This document shows, piece by piece, positions 25,201-37,100 of a stretch of 64,000 nt of DNA; within the stretch, counting starts at the first letter, position 1, and every line of letters starts with the position of its first letter. Position numbers and translations under genes: made by a program. The stretch comes from Sphaerodactylus townsendi (taxonomy: Eukaryota). The notes under the pieces are model-generated. The model was not told the DNA's origin, ran no database searches, and saw only the letters and a program-made list of their open reading frames with translations. The DNA is taken from positions 103,230,001 through 103,294,000 of the forward strand of contig NC_059431.1 of the NCBI RefSeq assembly GCF_021028975.2, in the 5' to 3' direction.

Positions 25201-26491
25201 CTAGAGAAAACCTTTTTTTTCCCAATTGTAGATAAACAGACTTGCATTTCTTTTCAAGCCAACCCCTTTATGCCCAAAGAATCCTTTCCCCACAATATCC
25301 CAGGTGTGAGACATACGCATAGGAAACTGCCTTGTACCAAGTAAAATGCCAGCTGTTTAGCAGATGGAAATGAGGGACTGAACTTTAGATCTACCTGGCA
25401 AAGCACGTGCTCTGCCACGGAATTATAGTCCCTCCCTGTTCAAGGGGCCAGGAGCATCCACAGTTTAACCTGAAGACCAGTGTGCTGTATTTAGATATTG
25501 AAATCTGTAGAAAGTGCTAGTGTCTTGCCGGATAATTATTTACAGGCTGACCTTTACCCAGTCGACTGTTTAAACACTAAATTATTGGCACATGAAGGAA
25601 CAGAGCCCCGTTCCTCACAGACGGTTACTTCTGTTAAACCGGATTTCTGTCCTTTAGGGGTAAACGATTTACGTCAGAACACTGGACACATGAAGGTGCC
25701 TTCTATTGAGGCAGACCACTGGTCTATCCACGTTCAGCACTCAGACTGGCAGCTGCCGTCCTCTGTCTCAGGTCCAGGACTTTCACACCACCTATTTAGA
25801 TATTACCTGATCCTTTAATTGCTGATGGCAGTGGTTGAATGTGGCGCCTTTGACAGGCAAAGCGATTGTTGTGCCCGAGGCAGCACCCTTTCCAAGTGAT
25901 CTTTATGAGGCGCCTCCGAGAAATAAACTATCAAATAACTTTTTTAAAAATGTCTCTTTTGGAGCTGCTAGGGGTTCTGCAGCTGATTATATTGCTGTCT
26001 CAGACTGATGACATTGGCTTTTTATTTGACAAGCTACAAACTCATTTCCAGCCTTCAGAAACCTTTTGCCGTTGTCTTTTGGCCCTTTCCCCACTCACCT
26101 TTGCCCGAGGGTTGCTGCGGGCAATTCCTGGCGCGCGCCCCGGCTTCCCCACAATGAAAGGCGAAAGGCGCCATTTGAAAAGGCGCCAGAAATTCCGCTC
26201 GTCGAGGGGGCGCGAGAGAAGCAGCGTCGGGGCGGCTGCGTTCTCGCTGCCCCTGAAGTGGGGAGGGCAGCTGAATCCCGCGCTACTTTAGGAGAGTAGC
26301 GCGGGGCTTAAGGAAAGTGGGGAAAGGGCCAGCGTCATCTTCTGAAGCCCAGCTGTTAAACCTTTCCCTTCTCTATGTTTTTTTATATACAGATGGAACA
26401 GATGTTCCAAAGCTCTCCTATCGATGCAGCCGGGAACCTGGATTACAAAGCTCTCTGCTATACCATCACACACGGAGAGGAAAAAGAATAA
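19296..26491 (+). CDS. MYL5: Myosin regulatory light chain 5, complete spliced CDS (172 aa)
   Basis: join of 19296-19298, 19545-19652, 20653-20728, 21510-21614, 22887-22965, 24951-24999, 26393-26491 = 519 nt. [72 protein letters not shown]...[19 protein letters not shown]; MYL5-type N-terminus and ATP5ME adjacency as in human 4p16.3. Confidence 0.95.
19545..19652 (+). CDS. MYL5: MYL5 exon 2
   Basis: [11 protein letters not shown]...QEFKE, AG/GT flanks. Confidence 0.95.
19981..20262. mobile_element. GC-rich TIR element (GGCCCTTTCCCCACTTACC family, Harbinger-like)
   Basis: About 19-bp TIRs; near-identical inverted copy at 35392-35673. Confidence 0.8.
20653..20728 (+). CDS. MYL5: MYL5 exon 3 (EF-hand loop [12 protein letters not shown])
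   Basis: 76 nt, AG/GT flanks. Confidence 0.95.
20820..21174. mobile_element. Penelope-like element, inverted pLTR pair with hammerhead motifs
   Basis: About 139-bp inverted arms (20823-20961 / 20999-21137), tail GGCCGTGAAAGCCTTCGACAATA, 13-bp flanking duplication CATTTAAATTCTG. Confidence 0.75.
21510..21614 (+). CDS. MYL5: MYL5 exon 4
   Basis: KTNVKDDEL...[17 protein letters not shown], 105 nt. Confidence 0.95.
22183..22410 (+). mobile_element. SINE (Squam3-like) with internally repeated head segment
   Basis: Three tandem GGACT.TAATCTGG.GAAC units. Confidence 0.72.
22887..22965 (+). CDS. MYL5: MYL5 exon 5
   Basis: [25 protein letters not shown], 79 nt. Confidence 0.95.
23923..24487. mobile_element. 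Harbinger-type MITE (GCAGAATAATGCAC family), split by a hAT insertion
   Basis: GGGCACTTT / AAAGTGCCC ends. Confidence 0.78.
24034..24461. mobile_element. hAT MITE nested in a Harbinger-type MITE
   Basis: Inverted homologue of 16711-17046, 8-bp TSD ATTATTCT from the host element 23923-24487. Confidence 0.85.
24951..24999 (+). CDS. MYL5: MYL5 exon 6
   Basis: [16 protein letters not shown], 49 nt. Confidence 0.93.
26081..26330. mobile_element. GC-rich TIR element (same family)
   Basis: TIRs GGCCCTTTCCCCACT / AGTGGGGAAAGGGCC. Confidence 0.8.
26393..26491 (+). CDS. MYL5: MYL5 exon 7
   Basis: [32 protein letters not shown]; AATAAA overlaps the stop (26487-26492) and recurs at 26543-26548. Confidence 0.95.
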   Translation: MEQMFQSSPIDAAGNLDYKALCYTITHGEEKE

Positions 26492-27148
26492 ATGTGACAG
26501 GCTGTTGCATCAACATCTCTCTGTCCACGCATAAGGAACCAAAATAAAACAGGAGTTCATTTTTCTGCCTTTTCAAGAGGCGCGAGCATCATGCGTCTTA
26601 TTGTGATCACACACGGAAAGAGGAAATATTGAGGTTAAAGTTAAGAGCGCTGGCAATCGACTGCACTTATAAAATAGGTTGTTACCGCTTCCTTCGTGTC
26701 TAGTTGAAAAATTACAAACATAAAACAGTGATGTCGAAAGAAACATCTCACTTAAATTGAAGGGGCACTGTACTTCCGTTCTGCAGCTGCTTCCCAATAA
26801 TCTTTTGGGAGGCGAAAATGAAGCACTTTTGTTTTGTTGACTGGCTGTGGAATTAGTTTCCTCCACTGATGAGAATTCAGGTGGATGAGTGTGATCAGTG
26901 TGGCCAACCTATATAAAGCTTGTGGTAACAGATACTTGGTTTTTTCTTCCTGAGGATGGGTTTGTGTGACATTTCTGCATTTTTCCTGCCTACTCCTCCC
27001 CCGTGGCCATTTCCATTGGCCCAGAGGGCTTAAAAATCAGCAGTTTACATTTTATTATAGCAGCCTATCTACAATGTTCTCTGAATTCCTATGGATCTTT
27101 TTTCAACATCTTTAGCCCTTTCCATGTGAAAGTCTAAGGAGAAAATTT

Positions 27149-27277
27149 GGGCCCTTCCGCACATGCAGAAATAATGCACTTCTAATCCACTTTCAATGCG
27201 CTTTGCAGCTGGATTTTACTGTGAGAATTAGCAAAATCCACTTGAATGTGCATTATTCTGCATGTGCGGAAGGGGCC
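27149..27277. mobile_element. Harbinger-type MITE (GCAGAATAATGCAC family)
   Basis: TIRs shared with the 12505 and 37381 copies. Confidence 0.78.
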
Positions 27278-27681
27278 TCTGTGCAGCAAAAGGGGACAGC
27301 GTCTTATTTTTCAACCGAAAGGTGCGAATTCAGAGAACATCACAGATAGATTGTTATAATGTTATATTGATATGCCTATTTGCTGATTTTAAGAAGCTCC
27401 CTGGGAGCAGGTAGAGAAATGGCTATGGCAGAGGATTGGGTCAGGGAAAATGGCACTGAGATGGGCAAGACTGGGAACACCTGGACTTCTCTGTCCATAT
27501 GGAAGCTAGCTTGGTTTTGCTGCAGTAGTCTTTCCCTAAACGTCACCACAACACAGATTTGGGAAAGGCCGCAGAAAATATGGAGAAAACGTGGGAAGTG
27601 AACTGAAGCGCCATGATGATGCAAGGAAGCTGGAGGAAAAAACCTTCCCAATAGCATGCAGGATGGGCCAAACAACTTGTG

Positions 27682-27820
27682 CAGGGATCTTTAACCTGCA
27701 GCTCTCCAGATGTTCATGGGCTACAATTCCCACCAGCCCCTGCCACCATGGCCAATTGGCCATGGTGGCAGAGGCTGATGGGAATTGTAGTCCATGAACA
27801 TCTGGAGAGCCGCAGGTTGC
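27682..27820. mobile_element. Palindromic MITE; half copies at about 7160-7238 and 55350-55428
   Basis: Near-perfect hairpin centred on GGCCAATTGGCC. Confidence 0.75.
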
Positions 27821-30440
27821 TTGTGTATAAATGACCCTGGACTCTACAGGAGCTTTTCTGTGAGCCCCTTTTCCCTCTGTGTTCCATGTTCAACTATATT
27901 AAGCCAAAGTGAACAGACACCTGGCCATGAATATGTGAAAGAATTAGGCTGAGAACATACCATCAATTGCCACTGAGGTCTAAGTGGAGGCGTACTGCCC
28001 ACAGGGACATGTGGTGTCACATGTCCCCAGGCACACGCCATCTAATTGTGGGGGGGGGGGCACTGGGTGCTGGCCAGGTCCTTGTGCCTGGCCTCTCTTG
28101 TGGTGTGGTGCCCAGCGGCTCCCTCTGTGCCCGGGCTGCACTTGCTGGCTTCAGGCGGTAGACCTGTGTGCCATTGCTGGCTTCAGGCAGTAGACCTGGG
28201 TGCCTCACAGGGTTTCGGGCGGTATACTTGGATGCCAGCTTTTGGTTGGTAGACCTGGGCGCTGTTGCCAACCTGGCGCTCCGTGAGATTGGCAGACAGA
28301 ACAATCCCCCCGCTCCCCCCCGTATCTAGGGAAAATGGAGCCGGGAGGGGGCGTGGAACACTCAGATTTTGTCCCATGCTTTATTTCCCCTAGATACGCC
28401 TCTGGGACTGAAAACTATTTTTTCCATTCAAGAGACTCAAATAAAAATAAATCTATTACTCCACCTTCCAAGGGAGTGCTTTGAAGCTGCTGGGTCTACT
28501 CTTTTGATTCCTTTGTAGGTAGTGTCCTGGCTCCCTCTCAAGTCTTTTATCAGCTTTGTCTCTCTTTGCTCACATTCATTTTCCACATTTCGTACAAACC
28601 AATTTCCTCAGTCTCTTTGTTCAGCAACGATGCCCATTTCCCAGGTTTCCATTTCCATTCACAGAAACAGTTTCTAAAATTGTACAGCCTCTGTATATAT
28701 TCATTAAAGAAGTGAAATCAGCTAGTTCTGGAGAGAGGATTGAAAGAAACGAAAACCAAAGTCTTGACAGTACAACCCACCCACAACTTAATTTTTAAAA
28801 AGTTTAATCAAAAAGTACTCAGTTCATTTTAAACAAGCAAAGATCATTAAAGAAACACCTATTGGATTTGAGGGTGAATTTTAATATGCAACACAATGAT
28901 TTCCACACCTGAAAAATTATTCCATATAACAACACGGGTAGCATCGTAAGTCACTCAAAACACAAACATCATTTTACGTCCATAATAAAGTGCAGTGAAC
29001 AGGAAAGCAGAGAAACTTTGTAAACTAGCTCATGTAGGGCTTTTCAAGGGGAATCTCTGCACCATTTTTTTAAAGATACAGAATCTGAACTTTTCCTGGG
29101 GAAGTGGTGTCAAACTTTTAGGCCCCGCTCTTGCTTCAAGCTAATGAAAATATCCATAAAAAAGAGGCAGCTTTACAGCTTAAGCAAGGCCTGGATGACT
29201 GCACCTCCCAACTGGACAGAAAAACTTTGGGAGAAAAAACACTATAACGATAAGAGGGAAAACGAGCAAATTATTAGACAGTTGACTAACACGCCTACTG
29301 GAATGCACTTCCTTTCTTTTATCTGGGCTGACCTACGTTTACTATCCAGCTGGGTCTTGTATGGGTCTTGTATGAAGCCCTGCTTGGAAAACACTGAACA
29401 TCCCAATGGCGCCAGCTTCAATTCTGGATTGAAGCCAGCATGAGATCTGGATGAGGCTGATTTAAATCTTAAAATTTCTAGGCACCTGGGAAACCCAAGT
29501 ATTTTCAGTTTTTCTAGTCGTGAATGAACTGTTTTCTTGGCAGCACCGGCTTCACAATCCAATAGTCACTTTTTTAGTCTCAGTTCAAGCGCCAGACAGC
29601 CCCTTACCGTACAGGTCGACTTCTTGTGGCAGGTGTACATCTATCAGCACTGATGCATCCTATAGTACATGCTCACTTTATTTTCTAATACCTGTCATCC
29701 TGGTCACAGTGAGCCAATGAATTTCTGCCTATCAGCACATGGCTTTTATAGAGGATAACTAGTACCTGACTTTATTTGAACCCCTCACAAACAAAGAGAT
29801 AAAGCCACAATATTCTCTCAAACCTCCTGCTCTTCCTCCACAACTATTCCCAGCAAGAAGACCGAGACTGTCAAATAGAGAAGATCCTGTTAACCTCACC
29901 CACCAATCCACATGCTAATCTGTACGTAATGCATGGGGACAGGGGCTTGGGTAGGTATCCATTTAAAACAGGACAAGCTTAACTTGTTCCCAGAAATATG
30001 TGATCCAAGTTGAGTTAAAAAAAACCCACAGAATTAAAATTAGAACTTGCAGCAAATGTCAGCTACTTTGCCATCTAAACATTCCACACGGCTGCCTTGC
30101 TGTGAGGCCTTGAATGCCCTTCTAAAAAATTCAGCCTCTTCAGAAAACATGAAGGCCTTCCTGCCTGTTCAGGAGGTTGCTCCAAAAAACAGAGGCAACC
30201 AAAAATGCCACTGAGCCATGACTGATCATGCCCAGCTACAAGAGGGACAGACAGAAAGCAGCAGTGTGATGATGTTCAGTTTCTGGGAGTTTGCATCAGT
30301 GATCTGGTTATACTGCAAGCATTTGTGTTGCTTGAACACAGGGACCGAAGTTATAAGTTGAATATACCCAGCTGACGAAGTCAGATGAGTTCGAGGCATA
30401 GCAATCCCACCGTTACCATGGTAAAAGTACAGCAAAGTTC

Positions 30441-31104
30441 CTACGACAACGTTTCGGGAGGAGACAAACACGCTTCCTCTTCTTCCGAGACATTCTCCCG
30501 TGGCCTGGACAGGGACATGATGTGCTTGATTGCCATCAGAGCTATTCTGACAAAGATACGCAGCACGAGGAAGGCAAATGGGACAATTATCTGCATGAGA
30601 TGAAAGATGGTGGCGCTCAGTTCACCGAGGATACAAGTCAGGAAGAAGGCAAACAGGCTGACGCAGGGGTAAAGAGCAAGCTTGGCAAACATAAAGGCAT
30701 GTTCTTTGCCGCCGTACCTAGCATAAGGATGCAACGTTTCCCTTTCGTAGAACAGAGCGGCGGTCCATATGGCGAACTGGAAGATGCTACCGAAAAAAAT
30801 AGTCACGCAGCTGACCTGGATGGTTTCTATTTCGTTGTGAGACTTCTTTGCAAACTTACTGGTCAGCTGGTAAGCGAGAGGGAGCCCTCCAATGAAAGCC
30901 AAGGAGAGGGTGTTCAGGAGGCCCATCAGTCGAGTTGCTTTCGTCACATGAAGGAAGAGTGAATGGTGGACAAACCAGAGAAGGCCAACGGTTACGAATG
31001 AGCCGAAGTAGGCAAGGAAATTTGGACCGTACTCGCTCAGAGCGTTGATGAGATGTCCTTGGTATTTCTCTCGCACTTCTTTAGCATCAGGAACATTATC
31101 TTCA
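30441..31104 (-). CDS. TMEM175: TMEM175 coding exon 10 (last)
   Basis: EDNVPDAKEVREKY...EEEEACLSPPETLS*, includes ORF 30441..31076. Confidence 0.97.
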
Positions 31105-34100
31105 CTGTGGGGGGTGGGGGAGGGGGATAGCGTTAGGCTCTATACACAGGCATCAAGCCAAATCTTACAATGACACTTTCAATTTCTACATTACGTTTTT
31201 AATGTTTATAAATATTTGCTCAGCAATTTTGAATTCTGTATCCAGTACAATCCAATATACAGTGCCGTCCTAAACAGTCACACGCGTCTAAGCCTCTTGA
31301 TATCAATGGGCTAAGAAGGGTGTGACTCTTGCAAATTATATTTATGTAAAAACAACATTTAAAAGCAAAAGACAGGGAATCTCATTCTTTTAGAACCAAC
31401 CAAAATATCAGAAAACAATGAGAAAGCTTTTGAGCTCTACAGAACTCTTCATCAGGATGCTTTAAAAAAAGTGGAGATAGAGGAAAAATGGCATTTCATA
31501 TCATAATATTATGGCCTCTGGTCTTCCTCTTGTGCAGAATGTGTTGTAGGCTAAGTGTGATCCTAGGCAAAATTACACCCTTTCAATGCCATTGAAGGAT
31601 ATAATTGCTTAGGACTGCTCAGTATATTAAGTTGTGTAGGACCGAAAATTTAAAATTGCTTTGCAGGCAGTATCAATGGGCCTGGCTATGAACTACAAAT
31701 GCAAAGCAAAGTGGAAATTGTTTTTGAGTGCATTAGGCAGAGAGATCTTCCTCCTGTGCAGGCTAGTACAACTGTCATCTATGTTCAAGACAGCAGAAAT
31801 GGATTTTTAGACAGTCACATACAGAAGCGCTATTTTCCCATGTAAAGTAACAGTTAAGTGCAACAGTGGATGTACATTTCATACGGCTGATGAAAACTTA
31901 CCATATATCCAGAATCAATAAGGTTGCTACAATAGCATAAACTCCATCAGTGAAGGCTTCCACTCTTTCCTTGCTCAGAGGTTCGTTGAGATAAAAAGTA
32001 AATGACTCTAAAGGCAGCTCCTGTTCCCGCCCTGCAAACCACAAGTAAGAACATAAAAAAGAGCCTGCTGGATCAGACCAGTGTCCATCTAGTCCAGCAC
32101 TCTGCTACTCTCAGTGGCCCACCAGAACCCTTTGGGAGCTCACGTGCAGGATGTGAAAGCAATGGCCTTCTGCGGCTGCTGCTGCTCCCGAGAACCTGGT
32201 CTGTTAAGGCATTTGCAATCTCAGATCAAGGAGGATCAAGATTGGTAGCCATAGATCGACTTCTCCTCCATAAATCTGTCCAAGCCCCTTTTAAAGCTAT
32301 CCAGGTTAGTAGCCATCACCACCTTCTGTGGCAGCATATTCCAAACATTAATCATACGTTTCGTGAAGAAATGTTTCCTTTTATTAGTCCTAATTCTTCC
32401 CCCCAGCATTTTCAATGGATGCCCCCTGGTTCTAGTATTGTGAGAAAGAGAGAAAAAATTCTCTCTGTCGACATTTTCTACTCCACGCATAATTTTATAG
32501 ACTTCAATCATATTCCCCCTCAGACATCTCCTCTCCAAACTAAAGAGTCCCAAACGCTGCAGCCTCTCCTCATAAGGAAGGTGCTCCAATCCCTCAATCA
32601 TCCTCGTTGCCCTTCTCTGCACTTTTTCTATCTCTTCGATATCCTTTTTGAGATGTGGCAACCAGAACTGAACTCGGTACTCCAAGTGCATTCGCACCAC
32701 TGCTTTATATAAGGGCATGACAATCTTTGCAGTTTTATTATCAATTCCTTTCCTAATTATCCCCAGCATAGAGTTTGCCTTTTTCACAGCTGCCATGCAT
32801 TGAGTTGACATTCCCATGGAACTATCAACTGCTGAAGCATGCTGAAATGAACCTGCACAGGCAATTATACTGCTCTGGAGGAAAACATTGTTTTAATTTA
32901 TTTACAGTTCTTTGGGTTTGTATACACTGGATCTCCACTACAACAGTTTTGCTCACCAGAGCAAAGCCCTCTAAAGGTGCCAAGCTGTGTATTCATAAAA
33001 TCGGCAACTGTTTGTTCACGGACATTATGGAACCGTCTGACTGAGGCCAGTGTGAAGGCCTCCACGCGTCTATGATTTCACAGAATGTGCAAAACAGAGT
33101 TGCTAAGAAGGGCAATTTTGTGGAGACAGGAGAACTGTGACACAACGTCCTTTTCTCCCAATTCTTCAATCGCAGCCCTTCTGCATTATGTTTTACCTTG
33201 GTGGTTACAATTAAACATTACATTTTATAAATCACTTGCTTACTGACTGATTAGCTTTATTACAAATTTTATCAGATTTTGTAATTAGCTTCCTAACTGT
33301 CTTGAGCAGTTCCGCTGTAATTTGCCTTGACTCCTGTGAGAACGGCAGACTATATGTGAAAATAAGAATTAAAAAAAAAAGATATGTAGCTCTATCCTAA
33401 CTGGAACAAAGCTCGAGAATGACCCCTTGTACATTTAGCCATCTATAGAATGAACACTGTGTTGTAAACAAAAAGACTGACAAAAAACCTAATAAAGAAC
33501 GGAATAACGATGGGTTATTCCATCCACTAATAGGTTTTTGTCAACATTTTTGGTAACCTGTTGTTTCTGGGTTGAGGTTTTTTCCTCCCCTCCCTGAGTG
33601 TTTTGCACTCCGTAGATAGAACATCTGTCCCTTTTCCATCACCATAGCAAGAATGTGTCTGAATATCTGGAAAGAACTGGATATAGCACGCCCTTCCCAT
33701 TTGGATGTTCATTCTATTACTGAAGTAATTTAAAGTGCAGGATGCACATAACCAGACTCTTTTCTCTAGAACAACAACATGACTTGTAAAATTTAGAGGG
33801 GAGCGAATCATGGACTGCAGTCAAATGTTGCCAATATTCCAGGAACCCAGAGGCGTAGCAAGGGGGGAAAACGCCCGGTGCACCAATGCGTCCTCTGCCC
33901 CCGTCCTGTCTGTAACGCCCTCGCCACACCCCCACAGGGGTCTGCACCCGGTGCGCCACGCACCCCCCCTGCCCCCTTGGAGCTACTCCTCTGCAGGAAC
34001 CACTGGTGAGTGACACCCAGGGAACAGAATTTCAGGTTACTTTGGGAATGGGTACATTGCACTTCATGGATGAAAATCCTTGTACTATAACTGTGCCACT

Positions 34101-37100
34101 CATAAAGGATAGGGTGTTGGGTTTTGTCCGCAGCCTTGATTTGCAACTTGAGTGATCATAAGACTGTTGTTTTTTTCTCAGAGTTTCAGTCCTCAGCACA
34201 AAACTATTGTCTCCCATGTACCATCCTCTTACTCACCATCTATCCGGCTCGTAAACCAGTTGGTCAGGTGACGGATATGCGGGAAGAATATAATAAGTCC
34301 CAGGAACACGTAAGACTGCAAGGAAAGAGCACATTAATCCTTTAAGGCTTGGAATTGTTCTGTTTGTAGTATGAAACAGGATTAATATTTTCCTATATTA
34401 ACAATATACCTTGGGTGGCATAAAGCTAAGAAGTGCCAATGTCTAATTCAACAAGAGCAGCTGTCAGATGAACAACCGCACTGCAGAGGTGAAATTTTCC
34501 AGTTGGTGCTCTATAATGATAGAGATGCAAAAATGGAAGTTAATGGGTGACCTGACTGGTACTGAAAAATCTATGTACCGGTAATACGGTAGGAACATCT
34601 AGGAAGGGCTATTCATTACACAAGCTGTGTGTATGTGTGTGAAGTGCTGCCAAGTTACTTCTGACTTATGGTGATCCTATGAATTATTGACTTCCAAAAC
34701 GCCCTATTGTTAACAGTCTTGGCTTCCTTAATTGAGTCAAGCCATCTCATGTTGGGTCATCCTCTTTTCCTGCTGCCTTCAATTTTCCTTCCATTATTGT
34801 CTTTTTCAGTGGCTCTGGCCCTCTCAAAATGTGACTGTAGCCTCCATGTAGTCACTTTAGCTTCCAGAAATAGTTCAGGTTTGATTTGATCTAGAACGCA
34901 CATATTTGCCTTTTGGCGGTCCATTGTATCTGTACCACTCTCCTCCAACACCACATTCAAAGGAATCCATTTTCTTCCTGCCAGCTTTCTTCGGACCTAA
35001 GATTTCTTGTCTCAATGGGTTTTCTCTTGTCTCACCTGTGGAAAGCTAGAGCTGGGGAAGGGCAGGGCAGAACCGGCCGTGGGTAATTGGCTTCAGTTTG
35101 TCTCTTTCCAGGAAGGATGGAAATAGGCAGTGATGTTGCAGCCAATGGATTTTTAAAAAAATTCATCCAAGCTACCAAAACAAACTTTTTTACTTGCGAA
35201 AGTAATGAAAAAACATCATTGATATGTTTTTTGTTCAGTGATTCAGAACCTGGTGAGTGTTCTGTAAAGAATTCCCCAACATTGTTGCTTTCCTAAGTCA
35301 GTGCAGTAATTCAGTGTTAGTTGGTGCAGTTCTAAAGAGAATTACTCCAATCTAAGCCCAATGAATGGCTTAGACTGGAGTAACTCTCCTTAGCCCTTTC
35401 CCCACTTACCTTAAGACCCGCGCTACTCGAGGAGAGTAGCGCGGGGTCCCTCGGCACTCCCCACTGAGAGGGACAGCGACAGCGCAGCCGCCCCGACGCT
35501 GCTTCTGTCGCGCCCCTCAGCGCGAGGCATTCCTGGCGCTCTTTCAAAGGGCGCCTTTTGATGACCCCGCGCAGAGCACGGGGTTGTGGGGACGCCCGGG
35601 TGCACGCCAGGGATGCCGGGCGCTGGGAATTGCGCGCAGCAACCCTCGGAAAAGGGTAAGTGGGGAAAGGGCCCTTGATTGCACTGTGCATACCATAACG
35701 GTTGAGCCCTAATGATGCTTTGGACGGGGGCTTCTACTCTCAAGAATGCCCGTCTTTAACCAGCCATGCACAATACTTACTGACTCCATCCATCCACCTT
35801 TATCCTTTCCTCCAAAAGGAAGGACTGCTTCCAGGGGAGAATATTTCATTATCTTTATTTTTCTTTCTTTCTCAGTGTAGAATCTACCCTGAAGCTACAG
35901 AACTCAGAACAGGGCTGTGAACTCATTACACAAAGACACCTGCTCAACCACCACCATCACTGTCAGTCTTGTCAGGCATTTTAGGAGATTATAAAAATTA
36001 TGTGTTTGATATAGTCAGGTACAAACTGCAGGTATATGACCCACAAACAGAATTCACATTAGCAACTTAAGTCAACCGTACTATGTACTGTTAAATTACT
36101 GTTCACGGTTTGTGCAGCAATGTCACATGAAATGAAAGGGAGTCCAATTTATTTGGTTGCTGGGCAACAGTGATATTCCTGGAATTCCTGGGATTCCCTC
36201 CCCCAACCCCCATCAGGTAAATCCCATGACTGTCTAGACACTCCAGTATCACAAGCGGCATCTTCATGCACAGAAGAATTCTTATAAACAAACACAAAAT
36301 CCTGCACTCTGGAATCACTTTTCAGAAAATGTTNNNNNNNNNNNNNNNNNNNNNNNNNNNNNNNNNNNNNNNNNNNNNNNNNNNNNNNNNNNNNNNNNNN
36401 NNNNNNNNNNNNNNNNNNNNNNNNNNNNNNNNNNNNNNNNNNNNNNNNNNNNNNNNNNNNNNNNNNNNNNNNNNNNNNNNACTTTGTCCTCTTCAACCAC
36501 TTTCTCTTCTTCTTCAACTCCCCTGTCCCTCCCACCCCCCGAAGCAGTATTCATAGGGAAAGAGCTCCAGGAGCAATATCAGTGAGAAACTGGGAATCTG
36601 CTGTATGAAGGCGAATTTCCCCTTCCTTTGCACATGTGGATCTTTTAGGTGGGATCCACAGAACGGTTGTTGTATTTAGCAGACTGGCTTAATGGTTCAA
36701 GGCACAGGCCGGCACCTTTAGTGGCAAACAGTTTGGGAAGCCCCACTTAACTTACCATTGGAATGAAGAAGAATGAAAAGATGGCAGCAAAAAAGCTAAG
36801 GGTTGGTCCTCGCAGGATAATCTTCAAGATGTGGTACTTGTAAAATGCTTGGTTTTCAGACACTTGAATTTGATGATTAAGCAGATACGGGTGGTGGAAT
36901 GCGTACATGACAATGACTGCCTGCAGAATGAAGAAAACTTTATATCAGTACAACACCTTACAGGTTATTTATTTATTTATTTTATTTATAATTGATTTTA
37001 TATACCGCCCCTCCCCCGAAGGGCTCTGGGCGGTGAACAACATAATAAAGCAACAATCACATTAAAACCCCATTAAACAGCATTAAAACCCCATTAAAAC

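Noticed and set aside
30522-30962. 146-aa plus-strand ORF
   Set aside because: Antisense shadow of the last TMEM175 exon.
32002-32712. 236-aa plus-strand ORF
   Set aside because: Antisense shadow of the CR1 ORF2 fragment.
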